Positions 39,338-49,375 of a stretch of DNA of 64,000 bases are shown here, in pieces. Every line of letters begins with the position of its first letter. Position 1 is the first letter of the stretch. The notes under the pieces are model-generated. The model was not told the origin of the DNA and ran no database searches. It was given only the letters and a program-made list of their open reading frames with translations. The stretch spans positions 1-64,000 of IMG/VR virus record IMGVR_UViG_3300031707_002715; one strand, written 5' to 3'. Source of the DNA: a virus. Both the position numbers and the translations under genes were made by a program.

Positions 39338-40044
39338 TGAGCGTAGATAGCACAATTACTGGTCTACAAAATACAATTATTGCGCTAAGTGAGACTGATA
39401 ACAAATTACGCCGTGTAACAGAAGAGTTTACGGGTCAACCTTTTCCGGTCCAGGTCAGTAATAATAAAGTCTTAAACAGAAAACCAATAATCTGGCAAAT
39501 AAGAGATTTACCAGACAAGTATAAGTTACCAGATTTAATAATGCAAATTAATCCACGAAATTTGAGTTCGATCTACAAACAATTAATTAATCGTAGAAGA
39601 ACTATTGGTGGATTTTGTGAGACGCATTGGGGCGAGGAACTTGATGAATTGTCATCTTCTGGTCGCACTCAAAATTTTTATGGGCAATTTGGATTGACTA
39701 ATGAAGATAGACGAGACACTCAAGGATTTATGGAATTTGAAAAGTTTGTTAACATTTATAAAAACAACGGCACATTATTTGATGAAAAAAGTAGCATGAT
39801 AGTCGCTCAAGGATCAGTGGTCATGAATTATGATAGTGCAGTATATAGAGGTTATTTCGATTCATTATCTATCAATGAAATAGGCGATAAACAATTTGAA
39901 CTCGAATATGATTTTTCATTTAAAGTGACTCAGGAATTATATCCTGGTCGAATTAAATCATTTAGAAATGTAACGACTGTTCTAAAGCCGGGTGCGCCAA
40001 GAAATGATCACATTACATTAGACATTACGAGCATTCAAGGATAA
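39337..40044 (+). CDS. Baseplate tube-initiator-like protein, paralogue 1
   Basis: LIMQINP..L...HWGEELDELS.SG...YDSAVYRGYFDSLSINE...YDFSFKV; follows the tape measure. Confidence 0.65.
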   Translation: MSVDSTITGLQNTIIALSETDNKLRRVTEEFTGQPFPVQVSNNKVLNRKPIIWQIRDLPDKYKLPDLIMQINPRNLSSIYKQLINRRRTIGGFCETHWGEELDELSSSGRTQNFYGQFGLTNEDRRDTQGFMEFEKFVNIYKNNGTLFDEKSSMIVAQGSVVMNYDSAVYRGYFDSLSINEIGDKQFELEYDFSFKVTQELYPGRIKSFRNVTTVLKPGAPRNDHITLDITSIQG

Positions 40045-40047
40045 TTT

Positions 40048-40596
40048 ATGGTAAATATTATAGGTTGCAAAATACCCGTAAAACCAATGTTTTTTGAATT
40101 AGACATTGACGAGCCACCGCCTGTATTGATGCTCGCAATCAATCCTGACGAATTTCAAAAAACTTTCACAAAAAGAGTCACTCAAAGTCGTAAACGAGTG
40201 ACGACTAAAGATCAAGGTGCATATTTGCATAATTTTGCGTTTGATGAACTAGACGTACTAGCTTGTTCTGGAACATCAGCCATGTTTTATGGTTCAAACG
40301 GTTTAACTGTCGATGCCAGGAGAGACACGTTAGGATTTCGTAATTTGAGGAGCTTAATAGAAATCTATAGAAATAATGGTAGGAATTATTTTACGAGGCC
40401 GGATAGTTTTTCACAAGTTAATGGCGGTAGTAGTTTAATAAAATCAGTTGGTAGAGTTATTGTCGCGTATGATGATATTGTTTATAGAGGATCGTTCGAT
40501 TCTTTTAAGCTTGATGAGACTGAAGAGAAACCATTTAATTTTGCGTTTAATTTTCAGTTTACTGTTAGCAGAACAATAGACGTGAGAAATTCATGA
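40048..40596 (+). CDS. Baseplate tube-initiator-like protein, paralogue 2
   Basis: LMLAINP..F...DELDVL..SG...YDDIVYRGSFDSFKLDE...FNFQFTV. Confidence 0.65.
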   Translation: MVNIIGCKIPVKPMFFELDIDEPPPVLMLAINPDEFQKTFTKRVTQSRKRVTTKDQGAYLHNFAFDELDVLACSGTSAMFYGSNGLTVDARRDTLGFRNLRSLIEIYRNNGRNYFTRPDSFSQVNGGSSLIKSVGRVIVAYDDIVYRGSFDSFKLDETEEKPFNFAFNFQFTVSRTIDVRNS

Positions 40597-42839
40597 ATCA
40601 GAATCAGTACAAACAACCAACAGTCGACACTGTTGCACCTGATGCTGTTATTTACATCGATGGCGATCGCACTATTAAATTGAAACGAATTAATACTAAT
40701 GGCCAAATAGTCGATGATGCTGTCGACTTTATGAACTTTGTTAGTAGCATCTCTGTGTCTAAAGGTATTGATCGTGTACCAGGCGAAGCATCAATATCAG
40801 TTAGGGCACCGAAATATATGTTTGACGGTATATATGGCTCTATAAAAAATGTATTGTCGACAATGTTGGAAGTTGAAATTTATATTAGGGGTCGTTTTTT
40901 AGTACAAGGCGAACCTCAATATTATCCGGTATTCTGGGGAATGATAACGAATCTTTCTGAGTCTGAAACTGCGGGTGATTTTATAACAACAACAATAACT
41001 TGCCAAGACATGATGAGGTGGTTACAAATTACGAGCGTCAACGTTCAACCGTCTGCATATAATTCAACGATGCCTCTCGATGCAAATGGTGAAACAGGAT
41101 TGAACAATCAAATGACTGCATTTGGAACATTTTTCGTAAAGACAAGCGCGCCGGGTATAATAGCAAATCTGTTGTCGTTATCTATAAATGAAAACTTTTT
41201 TGATTTTAAAAATATCACTGATAGAAGTGTAGCTATTGATAAAGCAATCATTGATTCTACTGTTAAATTTGATAATTTTAGAGATGCTAATGATCAATTA
41301 ATAAAGAAGTGGAATGAAAAATTTAGCGCGCTTTCGACTGCATTATATATTTACGGTTATAAAGGACCAGGACGAACAAACATAAATAATATAAAAGATA
41401 TTAGCATTGATTTAAGCGCGTATTCATATATTTATGGCACTCGAGTCATCACTGTTAAAAAAGTAGATAGCAATGGAAATGTCATTGCCACTGAGACACA
41501 AAAAACAGATATGCCGCGGATAGACATTTCAGTGCTATATCCAGAGGGAGCAGAGGCATTTAACACTGCGTCAGCACCAATATTTGTATCGAATTTACAA
41601 AATAGATTAGAAGTCGCGAACAATGCAAAAGAGCAAATGCATTTTGAATTTTTTCAAGATGTTGATGGCACTGTTGTATTGAAACCACAATTTTATAACA
41701 TTGATACTAGAAGCAATCCTATATACGTTATAGAAGATATTGATATCGAAAATATAAACATAGTCGAAGATGAAAGTCAAGTGTGGACTAGAATTGACGT
41801 GCAAGGCACGCCGACAAATGGGTTTCTTTATAGTCAAGGACCAGACACAGCTAATTCATATCATGGATTTGCAATTGCTTTTGATAAATTAGAAAAATAT
41901 GGATTACGACAACAGACAATTAATACAAATTTTCTTACAAGTGTAGAAAATGTTTATTTGTATGCTAGACGTGAACTTAGCAGACGAAACAGTTTAGTAG
42001 TCAACGGATCGATTTCTATTGAAGGGCGGCCAGAATTAAAATTAGGTTATCCAGTATACCTTCCTGGAAAAGATGCATTTTATTATGTTACAGGGATCGA
42101 CCACGAATTTACATTTGGTGAATCTTTTACGACTAGATTAACAGTTACAGCTATAAGACAGAAAAAACGAGATGCGCTAGGCGAAATTCTCAAAAATTTA
42201 TATACTAAAACTGACGGCACGTCATCTACCCAAAATAATATCGCAGGTAAAGACGTGTCGTCTGATGCTGATAATATAATGAAAAATATTTCAAAACTTT
42301 GCGATCCATCACAGTCTGTAACTTTTACTGCCCAGCGACCAGTTTATAAATATAAAACGCTTGATGATATTTTGCAATATCAAGGTACATTTAGATTTAT
42401 TTACAATGGGAGCGATCAGCAATCATCAGATCCTCGAATATATCAGCAGGTCACAGATAAAGAAGGGTACATATTGAATGGTGAAGGTTTTCCATTTGGT
42501 AGAGATTTATCATTAACTGAAGATTTTCGTATAGTAGTTTCAGATGCGACCCAAAAATCAGGCACTGAAATTGCATCATCAATGACGTTGATGACAGCAA
42601 CGGGCAGTCAAAAGAGCGTGTTAAGTTTTCAACAACCATTAACGCTCAACCAAGTTGAAGACGTTAGAATATTAAAAGGATTAGGAAATAGATCAGCATC
42701 TAGTATTGCAGCTGCAATGCAACCATCGTCAGAGTCGACTGAAGCACTTAGTAAGCAATCTTTAACATCTTCGACGCTCGATGCTAATCAGGTATCATTT
42801 GGTAAAGCTAAGAAAGTACCGTCAACGACTGGGAAATAA
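40593..42839 (+). CDS. Baseplate hub protein (T4 gp27 / P2 gpD-like)
   Basis: VSSISVSK...GEASISV; VFWGMIT; FEFFQDVDGTVVLKP; KYGLR; GSISIEGRPELKLGYPV...YYVTGIDHEF...TTRLTV. Confidence 0.8.
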   Translation: MNQNQYKQPTVDTVAPDAVIYIDGDRTIKLKRINTNGQIVDDAVDFMNFVSSISVSKGIDRVPGEASISVRAPKYMFDGIYGSIKNVLSTMLEVEIYIRGRFLVQGEPQYYPVFWGMITNLSESETAGDFITTTITCQDMMRWLQITSVNVQPSAYNSTMPLDANGETGLNNQMTAFGTFFVKTSAPGIIANLLSLSINENFFDFKNITDRSVAIDKAIIDSTVKFDNFRDANDQLIKKWNEKFSALSTALYIYGYKGPGRTNINNIKDISIDLSAYSYIYGTRVITVKKVDSNGNVIATETQKTDMPRIDISVLYPEGAEAFNTASAPIFVSNLQNRLEVANNAKEQMHFEFFQDVDGTVVLKPQFYNIDTRSNPIYVIEDIDIENINIVEDESQVWTRIDVQGTPTNGFLYSQGPDTANSYHGFAIAFDKLEKYGLRQQTINTNFLTSVENVYLYARRELSRRNSLVVNGSISIEGRPELKLGYPVYLPGKDAFYYVTGIDHEFTFGESFTTRLTVTAIRQKKRDALGEILKNLYTKTDGTSSTQNNIAGKDVSSDADNIMKNISKLCDPSQSVTFTAQRPVYKYKTLDDILQYQGTFRFIYNGSDQQSSDPRIYQQVTDKEGYILNGEGFPFGRDLSLTEDFRIVVSDATQKSGTEIASSMTLMTATGSQKSVLSFQQPLTLNQVEDVRILKGLGNRSASSIAAAMQPSSESTEALSKQSLTSSTLDANQVSFGKAKKVPSTTGK

Positions 42840-42841
42840 AT

Positions 42842-44941
42842 ATGGCGCCTCAAAAAGCATTTGTGCAAAAAGGAGATGACCCTTCATTAGGTCAATATGT
42901 AGATTTTTACAAATTTCTACAAATTGGTCGTATTATTAGGGTCGACAATGAACGTAATTTAGTCGATATTCAATTTGGATCTAACCCTATATTGTCTCAT
43001 GGCGTGCCGATAACTAATCCGTTATTTACTGGTCGAGCATTTATTGGCGGTATGCCCGAAGAAGGATCGATTGTCGTCTGTGGTTTCATAAAATTAACAA
43101 ATAAAATCGGGACGCCAATAATACTCGCTTATCTAGATAATGAATATTATAGGGCATTAAATTACATTTATAATAATGGTAAGACAACAGATGATATTAG
43201 AGATTTAACTAGTATACACGATAAAATTGGCTGGAATGTACGGCGACTTAAAAAGAGAAAGCAATATCCGGGCGATGTTAGCTTTGAGTCTACTCACGGA
43301 TCAGAGGTTTTTCTCGATGATAGTATCCTCATTTCAGATTCAAAACTTAATGAGATATTATTCTCGAGTCCAGATCGTACTATATACAGTAATTCTATTA
43401 ATAATCGTATCTATACTAATGCTGCTAGGATAATAAATGGTCTCATTACTCGTCAATTTGCTCCAGCGATTGAACCAGTATTAATGGACAATGGTAAGCC
43501 GTTGTACATAGTCACTGACGGTCAATCTGTTGATGAAAATGGTAAGGCATTTACTGAATTAAGAACAGAAGTTAGAGAAGTCGCAAATGCTGTTTTGGAC
43601 GTTATTGAGTCTTATGATTATCGCGATTTTGCAGACGACACGTCTAAAGGTCGATTATTAGTTACACAGTTATTAGGTACCTTAGTAGGTAATGAGCAAA
43701 GCGTGATTGAAAAATATGGTAAGATTTTAAGACCACAAATATTCACCGGCGAAGGTCGAATTGTTGTCGATGATATAACTTGCAAGGCTAATGAGTTTTA
43801 TAATCTAGCATCAGCGTATCAATTAAAATTTGCTAGTAGTACGAAATTCGATGTTGATAAAGAAGGGCATACGTTTATTCATTTAGCTGGGTCATCTGCA
43901 TTACATCCGCTGGGCGCAAATAGATCGTTAGAATTTGCAGCTGATGGTAGTATTAAGTTATCAATTGGAAAAGAAAATGTCGGTGGTAAATCAGTAGAAT
44001 TAGATACTGTCGGTAAAGTTAAAATGAATTTTGGTTCAGATAAAGCATCGTTAAAAAGTTGCGAATGGGTACTAGATAGGTCATTACATATAACTGTTAA
44101 CGCACCTAATGCTGATGGTAATGCTAAGACAGAAGAATATTTTGGTAATGTAAGCGAATCAGTGCATGGTGATAAAAATACGACAGTTGATGGGTCGTAC
44201 CATTTGATTGTTAAGGGTAAAATTCAAGAAGATATTCATGGGGCAAAAATCGAGAATTATATAAATGATAAGATGACAAATTACGGTGGAGATTATCAAG
44301 AAATCGTCATTAAACAGAAACAAAGTAAGTTGGGTGAGGGTTTAAGGACAGATATTGCTACAAAAGGTGATGAGTTAATCATAACTGAAGGTAGTAAAAA
44401 AGAGACGTTAACATTAGGTAGTAAAGAAGTTACTATTGTCGCAGGTGATAGCAAAGAGACATTGTCATTAGGCAATAAAGAGACGACAGTCTTGGCGGGC
44501 AATATTAAAGAATCGATTACGAAAGGTAATAAAGAAGAAAGCATCGTTTTAGGAGATCATAAAATCGATGTTGTTACAGGCAATATAACAGAAAATGTTA
44601 AGTTGGGTGATAGTAAGGAAGACATTGCTTCTGGGAGTAAGACGATAACGATTAAATTAGGTAATTTTGAAGTTACTATTACGACAGGTAATATAACGAT
44701 AAAATCAACACTCGGAACTATCAATATGAGCTCTGACACACAAAAAGTCACAATAAATGGAATGGTTGGAGTAGATATAATTAGTGCAGCTACAATAAAT
44801 GTCCAAGCGCCTCTAGTAAAAATCGGCGGAATGCCAGCACAGGGAGGTATTGTTTCTGGGTTACCGGGAATACCATCACACTTAGATTATATTTGTGGCA
44901 TTCCATTAATGGGCTCAAAGACAGTGAGTGTTATGTCATAA
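42842..44941 (+). CDS. Baseplate central spike (gp5/gpV/VgrG-like)
   Basis: N-terminal OB-fold IGRIIRVD...GGMPEEGSIVVCGF; C-terminal beta-helix repeats (GSKKETLTL, GDSKETLSL, GNKETTVLA); His/Cys tip HLDYICG. Confidence 0.8.
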   Translation: MAPQKAFVQKGDDPSLGQYVDFYKFLQIGRIIRVDNERNLVDIQFGSNPILSHGVPITNPLFTGRAFIGGMPEEGSIVVCGFIKLTNKIGTPIILAYLDNEYYRALNYIYNNGKTTDDIRDLTSIHDKIGWNVRRLKKRKQYPGDVSFESTHGSEVFLDDSILISDSKLNEILFSSPDRTIYSNSINNRIYTNAARIINGLITRQFAPAIEPVLMDNGKPLYIVTDGQSVDENGKAFTELRTEVREVANAVLDVIESYDYRDFADDTSKGRLLVTQLLGTLVGNEQSVIEKYGKILRPQIFTGEGRIVVDDITCKANEFYNLASAYQLKFASSTKFDVDKEGHTFIHLAGSSALHPLGANRSLEFAADGSIKLSIGKENVGGKSVELDTVGKVKMNFGSDKASLKSCEWVLDRSLHITVNAPNADGNAKTEEYFGNVSESVHGDKNTTVDGSYHLIVKGKIQEDIHGAKIENYINDKMTNYGGDYQEIVIKQKQSKLGEGLRTDIATKGDELIITEGSKKETLTLGSKEVTIVAGDSKETLSLGNKETTVLAGNIKESITKGNKEESIVLGDHKIDVVTGNITENVKLGDSKEDIASGSKTITIKLGNFEVTITTGNITIKSTLGTINMSSDTQKVTINGMVGVDIISAATINVQAPLVKIGGMPAQGGIVSGLPGIPSHLDYICGIPLMGSKTVSVMS

Positions 44942-44955
44942 TATAAAGAGGAATC

Positions 44956-45573
44956 ATGCCAATTTCTGGTCCTATTCTTGCGCAATTAATATACGCTGAA
45001 ATGTTAAGTGCCGGTATGACAGGTCAATATACATTTAAGATGGCTCAAGCAGTCGGTAATGGTGTCATAATTACTGTCTTATCATCGGCTGTTTATAATG
45101 GTATATCTACAGGATTTGCAATAGGTGCTGGCACATCAGTTGGCACATTATCGGGATCGATCGTAATCGGTAAAACTGTTGGATCATTGATTTTTACATC
45201 AATGACGTCGTTGGGTTTAGTGGGTCAAAAGTCGCAACAATTTGCAGGTGCAATAGGGAATGCTGTCGCAAATCATATGTCGATGGCCATAGTTCAAGGT
45301 GCGTCTGTGCCTGTAGCTATTGGTAGTGGTACAGGAATTATTTCTGGTGTTGTCGTGCCGTTAATGACAAATAATATATTGATGCAAATGTCAATGATGG
45401 GTTTCACGGGTCAAAAGATTTTTCAATTAGCGCAAGGCATTTCGATCGGAGTTTGCACTGCGATTCAAATGTCGGTAGCGACAACATCGATTACAGGTAT
45501 AGCTATAGGCACAGTACCACCAGCACTTCCACCGATACCGATGTCTGGAACAGATACTGGTAAAATCGTATAG
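44956..45573 (+). CDS. Gly-rich hydrophobic three-repeat protein next to the spike
   Basis: GMTGQYTFKMAQAVGNGV / GLVGQKSQQFAGAIGNAV / GFTGQKIFQLAQGISIGV; RBS gagga. Confidence 0.7.
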   Translation: MPISGPILAQLIYAEMLSAGMTGQYTFKMAQAVGNGVIITVLSSAVYNGISTGFAIGAGTSVGTLSGSIVIGKTVGSLIFTSMTSLGLVGQKSQQFAGAIGNAVANHMSMAIVQGASVPVAIGSGTGIISGVVVPLMTNNILMQMSMMGFTGQKIFQLAQGISIGVCTAIQMSVATTSITGIAIGTVPPALPPIPMSGTDTGKIV

Positions 45574-45581
45574 GAGAAAAA

Positions 45582-48500
45582 ATGCCGCAGTTAACTGAAC
45601 GTGATAGAGGACTATTACAGAATCAGATTAACGATTTGCAAAGCAGTAATCAACAATTACAAGACGGCATTGTGTCCGATACGAATCAATTAAACACATT
45701 GACGTTGACAGATATTGTATCGAAAAAATTTTTAGATGAAAAACACGCATATATTTATGCATTAGAAGAAGAAAGACGATTATTATCAGGTAAAACAATA
45801 ATAGCACCAGTTCAAGAAGCTGCTTTTTGGATAACGACGCCGGAACAAAACGTTAGTGTCACAGTTAATGATGGTCGATTTGTTGCTAAAAAGAATGATA
45901 TTACATTTGTCGATGTGCCGATAATACCATCAAGGGCATATAATGTTTCTAAATCTGTCGGTCTAGATTTTGAAATTTGGACTCGAGATAGACACGGATC
46001 GACGACGTCTGAGAAAAATGTTCCATCGTCGTATACAATTCATTCAGGCAATAATAAATTAGTTATTATTATTGACGGCAATACTGCTGATGTAAAAATA
46101 TTTGAAGACATTTTAGTAGACCAACAATCAATAGTCATTGATGCTATGGTACTATCTGCTAAAATTAAAGAGGGATTAGAACTTGTAGGTTTCACTAACG
46201 CGCAGTGTTTTTATAATTCTAGCATTGCTACTTTTACAATTGCATCAGGCACTATGGGACCGACTTCTACTGCTGAAGTCGTAACGTCGACAAATCTGAC
46301 AGATTTGTCAAATTTAATGAAGTTTACTAATAATCAGGTAATGGTTGCAGGTAAGTATGCTAATAATAAGTTAAATGTAAAAATTGATGGTCAAACACAA
46401 CAAATCCAGTTGATAACTGATATTAGAAAAGCGACGCAGAGTTCATTGGGTTTAGCAATTGATGATTATAGTGTTGATTGGCGCCAGGATTTTAGTGATG
46501 GACCGATGTTTCCAGCACAACCGAATAATGGTCCAAAAATCGCGATAACGATACAGAATAAATTAAGAGAAGTAGGGTCCGGTGGGTTTACGACAGCTGA
46601 ATGCGTTTATTATACAAATAGTCAAAAATTTGTAATTTATTCAGGCACTTTTGGTCATACTTCTTCTGTTGAAATATTACCGGCTGATGATATTAACAGA
46701 GATTTACGACCGTTTATCGGCATGGACGCACCGACAGATGTTAAAAATAACGAAACATCTTACGAGACTCTTCAAGATCTTTATAATTATCTTAATCAAA
46801 AAACGTGTTTGCAATGTACTAATTTATTAAATCCGATATATAAATGTTATTCATTATTGTCGATTAACAATATCGCAATTTCAAATCGACAATTAATTTT
46901 ACAAACTACATCTGAATATTATGCTGCTCATAATTCATTGCCAAAGTTATATGGTAATAAATTACGAGTAGATAATACAAATGACAAATTTGATTTAAAT
47001 GAGGGTTCAGGTGTGATTACTGTGACACTAGTACACGGCAATTATGCAGAGTCTGAATTAGCAGAAGCATTGCAAGATTTGTTAAATATTGGTAGTAATG
47101 TATATACTATATTGTATAAAAAATCGACGTTTAAAATAACGGCTACTAGTAATTTTACACCGTTATTTAATTCGGGACCGAATAAATCAAGGAATATATC
47201 CGTATGTATGGGATTTGCAAATTTTGTTGACCCGCCAGCGGGTAAAACATTTACAAGTAATATTGTATCATTTTCTGGGCCTGATTTTTTCAGTATGGCA
47301 TCAATACCTCAATTAGTACCGATGTCATATTTCAATAATCAACCGCCGTATTATTATGTGTCTGTGACAGAACAGGCAATGACAATGAATGAGTTGATAT
47401 ATTTACAAACAGAAGATAATAGTGGCACGGGCTTAATCAATTTGATTAAGGCACAGAATGACATTTATAATGAAGCAAATATTATCGCCTGGGAGAATGT
47501 AGCGACTGAAGAATTAATTATCGTAAATGAATTAATTGAAAATGTCCAGTTGCAGATAACTGCATATAGTTCTGTCAGCATGACTGATGCAAATTATAAT
47601 AATTTAGTAAATGAACTAAATAGTTTGACAGTTAATAAAAACAGTCTGATTCAATATTTGTCGTCTCACGATTATTTATTAAATTTACGCATAAGCAGCG
47701 CTTCTTATATATTTGGCGCTGTGTTTACTGAAGGCGGGACAGAACAGTTGCAAGTATTATTTCTAGCGCCAAATAACGATAGAATATATAATTTACCGGC
47801 AATTGAATTTAGATATGCCGATAATAAGTATATACCAATGAATAATGCGAGTCTTATTTATAGCAATAACGTATTATTTGAGCTTTTTATTCAGACGGCA
47901 TTTAGTATTAAGAGTAATGTGACAAATGCTTTTGGTCATGCTATAATAGATACAAAGTTAACAATAACTGATACATATATTTCTAGTGTAGTATATTGGT
48001 CTGGCGGTGATGCTGAACATTTTCATTATGATTTTTCGACGTATCCTACTATTAAACAGATATTTGATGTCATAGTTAACGATTATCCGACAGATTATAC
48101 TACGACGTTAGGTTTAGCAATGTTATGGTCAAAAAAGCCAGAAACGTTCTTAATTAATAATGGTGAACAGTTTCAAATTAAAGTTGCTACCGGTCCAACG
48201 CAAACTATTACTTTTTCAGTCTTTCCGGCGATTTTATCGTCTGGTGCATCTCCATCTATAGCAGCCATTGTCGGTGACACGTTGACGTTATCTATTAATG
48301 GTGAACCTGCGATTACAATAGCATTTCCGATGTCTACAAATTCGGGAACTGAAACTGCAGCAATGTTACAATCTTTAGTTAGAGCATCGATTGCTGCTAG
48401 CGTAAATAATCAATTAGGCTATTCTAATTTTACTTGTGCGTATTCTGGTGTTTATACGTTAATGTGTGGTACATCTGGTGTAGGTTCATCTATTAACGTG

Positions 48501-49166
48501 CTTGGTGGGACGTTATCTACCAAATTAGTATTAACAGGATCTGTGTCTGGTTCGGGCGCAGTTAGTAATAATACTGCGATTACTACTGCCACTATGGTTT
48601 CGCTTTTATCAAGTTTCACAGGTGTCACAGTTTCAAGCGATAATTTGTTTTTAAAATTTACGGCTAATAATGCTGGTGATAAAATAGAAATTATTTCAAA
48701 TACATTAACGAATAGAGTCGGATTTTCAAGCGGCAATTTAATAAGCGATCCAGTTACAGAATTGGCAAGCGTCAATTGCACATCGATGCAAAATGTGAGC
48801 AATCAATCGATTCAATTAGCACCATTTAATGTGCTCCGGGGTTATGAAAATCGAGGAAATATAACTGCTAATTTTACTATAACAGATAATGTACGATTAA
48901 ATGCAAGATTAAATGACGTCGTCATTAGAGAATCATCTATTACGACCAGACTGTCGCAGATGACTAGTAGGATACCCGCTATCGAATCATTGTTAACGGC
49001 TACAATATATACGGATAGATGGAATGAAGTCATCAAACGATTAAATAAGAAAACGGGATCGTATTATAAAGTTGGCGAGAAGGAACAGAATATTATAAAT
49101 GAACAAAATATGATAACTGAAAATAATACTAAAATAGCTGAATTACAAGCAATGTTAGGAGTTTAA
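45582..49166 (+). CDS. Large baseplate-region structural protein with terminal coiled coils and repeated beta-modules
   Basis: NNKL.I.IDG...GF..A.C.Y...F.I.SGT.G.TS.VE repeated; coiled coils at both ends; RBS aggag. Confidence 0.65.
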   Translation: MPQLTERDRGLLQNQINDLQSSNQQLQDGIVSDTNQLNTLTLTDIVSKKFLDEKHAYIYALEEERRLLSGKTIIAPVQEAAFWITTPEQNVSVTVNDGRFVAKKNDITFVDVPIIPSRAYNVSKSVGLDFEIWTRDRHGSTTSEKNVPSSYTIHSGNNKLVIIIDGNTADVKIFEDILVDQQSIVIDAMVLSAKIKEGLELVGFTNAQCFYNSSIATFTIASGTMGPTSTAEVVTSTNLTDLSNLMKFTNNQVMVAGKYANNKLNVKIDGQTQQIQLITDIRKATQSSLGLAIDDYSVDWRQDFSDGPMFPAQPNNGPKIAITIQNKLREVGSGGFTTAECVYYTNSQKFVIYSGTFGHTSSVEILPADDINRDLRPFIGMDAPTDVKNNETSYETLQDLYNYLNQKTCLQCTNLLNPIYKCYSLLSINNIAISNRQLILQTTSEYYAAHNSLPKLYGNKLRVDNTNDKFDLNEGSGVITVTLVHGNYAESELAEALQDLLNIGSNVYTILYKKSTFKITATSNFTPLFNSGPNKSRNISVCMGFANFVDPPAGKTFTSNIVSFSGPDFFSMASIPQLVPMSYFNNQPPYYYVSVTEQAMTMNELIYLQTEDNSGTGLINLIKAQNDIYNEANIIAWENVATEELIIVNELIENVQLQITAYSSVSMTDANYNNLVNELNSLTVNKNSLIQYLSSHDYLLNLRISSASYIFGAVFTEGGTEQLQVLFLAPNNDRIYNLPAIEFRYADNKYIPMNNASLIYSNNVLFELFIQTAFSIKSNVTNAFGHAIIDTKLTITDTYISSVVYWSGGDAEHFHYDFSTYPTIKQIFDVIVNDYPTDYTTTLGLAMLWSKKPETFLINNGEQFQIKVATGPTQTITFSVFPAILSSGASPSIAAIVGDTLTLSINGEPAITIAFPMSTNSGTETAAMLQSLVRASIAASVNNQLGYSNFTCAYSGVYTLMCGTSGVGSSINVLGGTLSTKLVLTGSVSGSGAVSNNTAITTATMVSLLSSFTGVTVSSDNLFLKFTANNAGDKIEIISNTLTNRVGFSSGNLISDPVTELASVNCTSMQNVSNQSIQLAPFNVLRGYENRGNITANFTITDNVRLNARLNDVVIRESSITTRLSQMTSRIPAIESLLTATIYTDRWNEVIKRLNKKTGSYYKVGEKEQNIINEQNMITENNTKIAELQAMLGV

Positions 49167-49168
49167 TT

Positions 49169-49375
49169 ATGTCTGAACAGATTAAATGGGAGAAAACTAA
49201 TAGTATTGGTTTTCAAAATATTTTGCAACCCATTCTTGTTGGATTAAAAGAAGCATTAGAACATGAAAAAAGTGAATTAGTGCATAAACTAAGTAATTTG
49301 AAGCGTCTCGGAGTAATACAAATGAATAAAATAGAGCTCGATAAGAAACTTGATGAAATGAGAACAATCAAATGA
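49169..49375 (+). CDS. Small helical hypothetical protein
   Basis: RBS aggag; ATGA overlap with the next gene. Confidence 0.6.
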   Translation: MSEQIKWEKTNSIGFQNILQPILVGLKEALEHEKSELVHKLSNLKRLGVIQMNKIELDKKLDEMRTIK

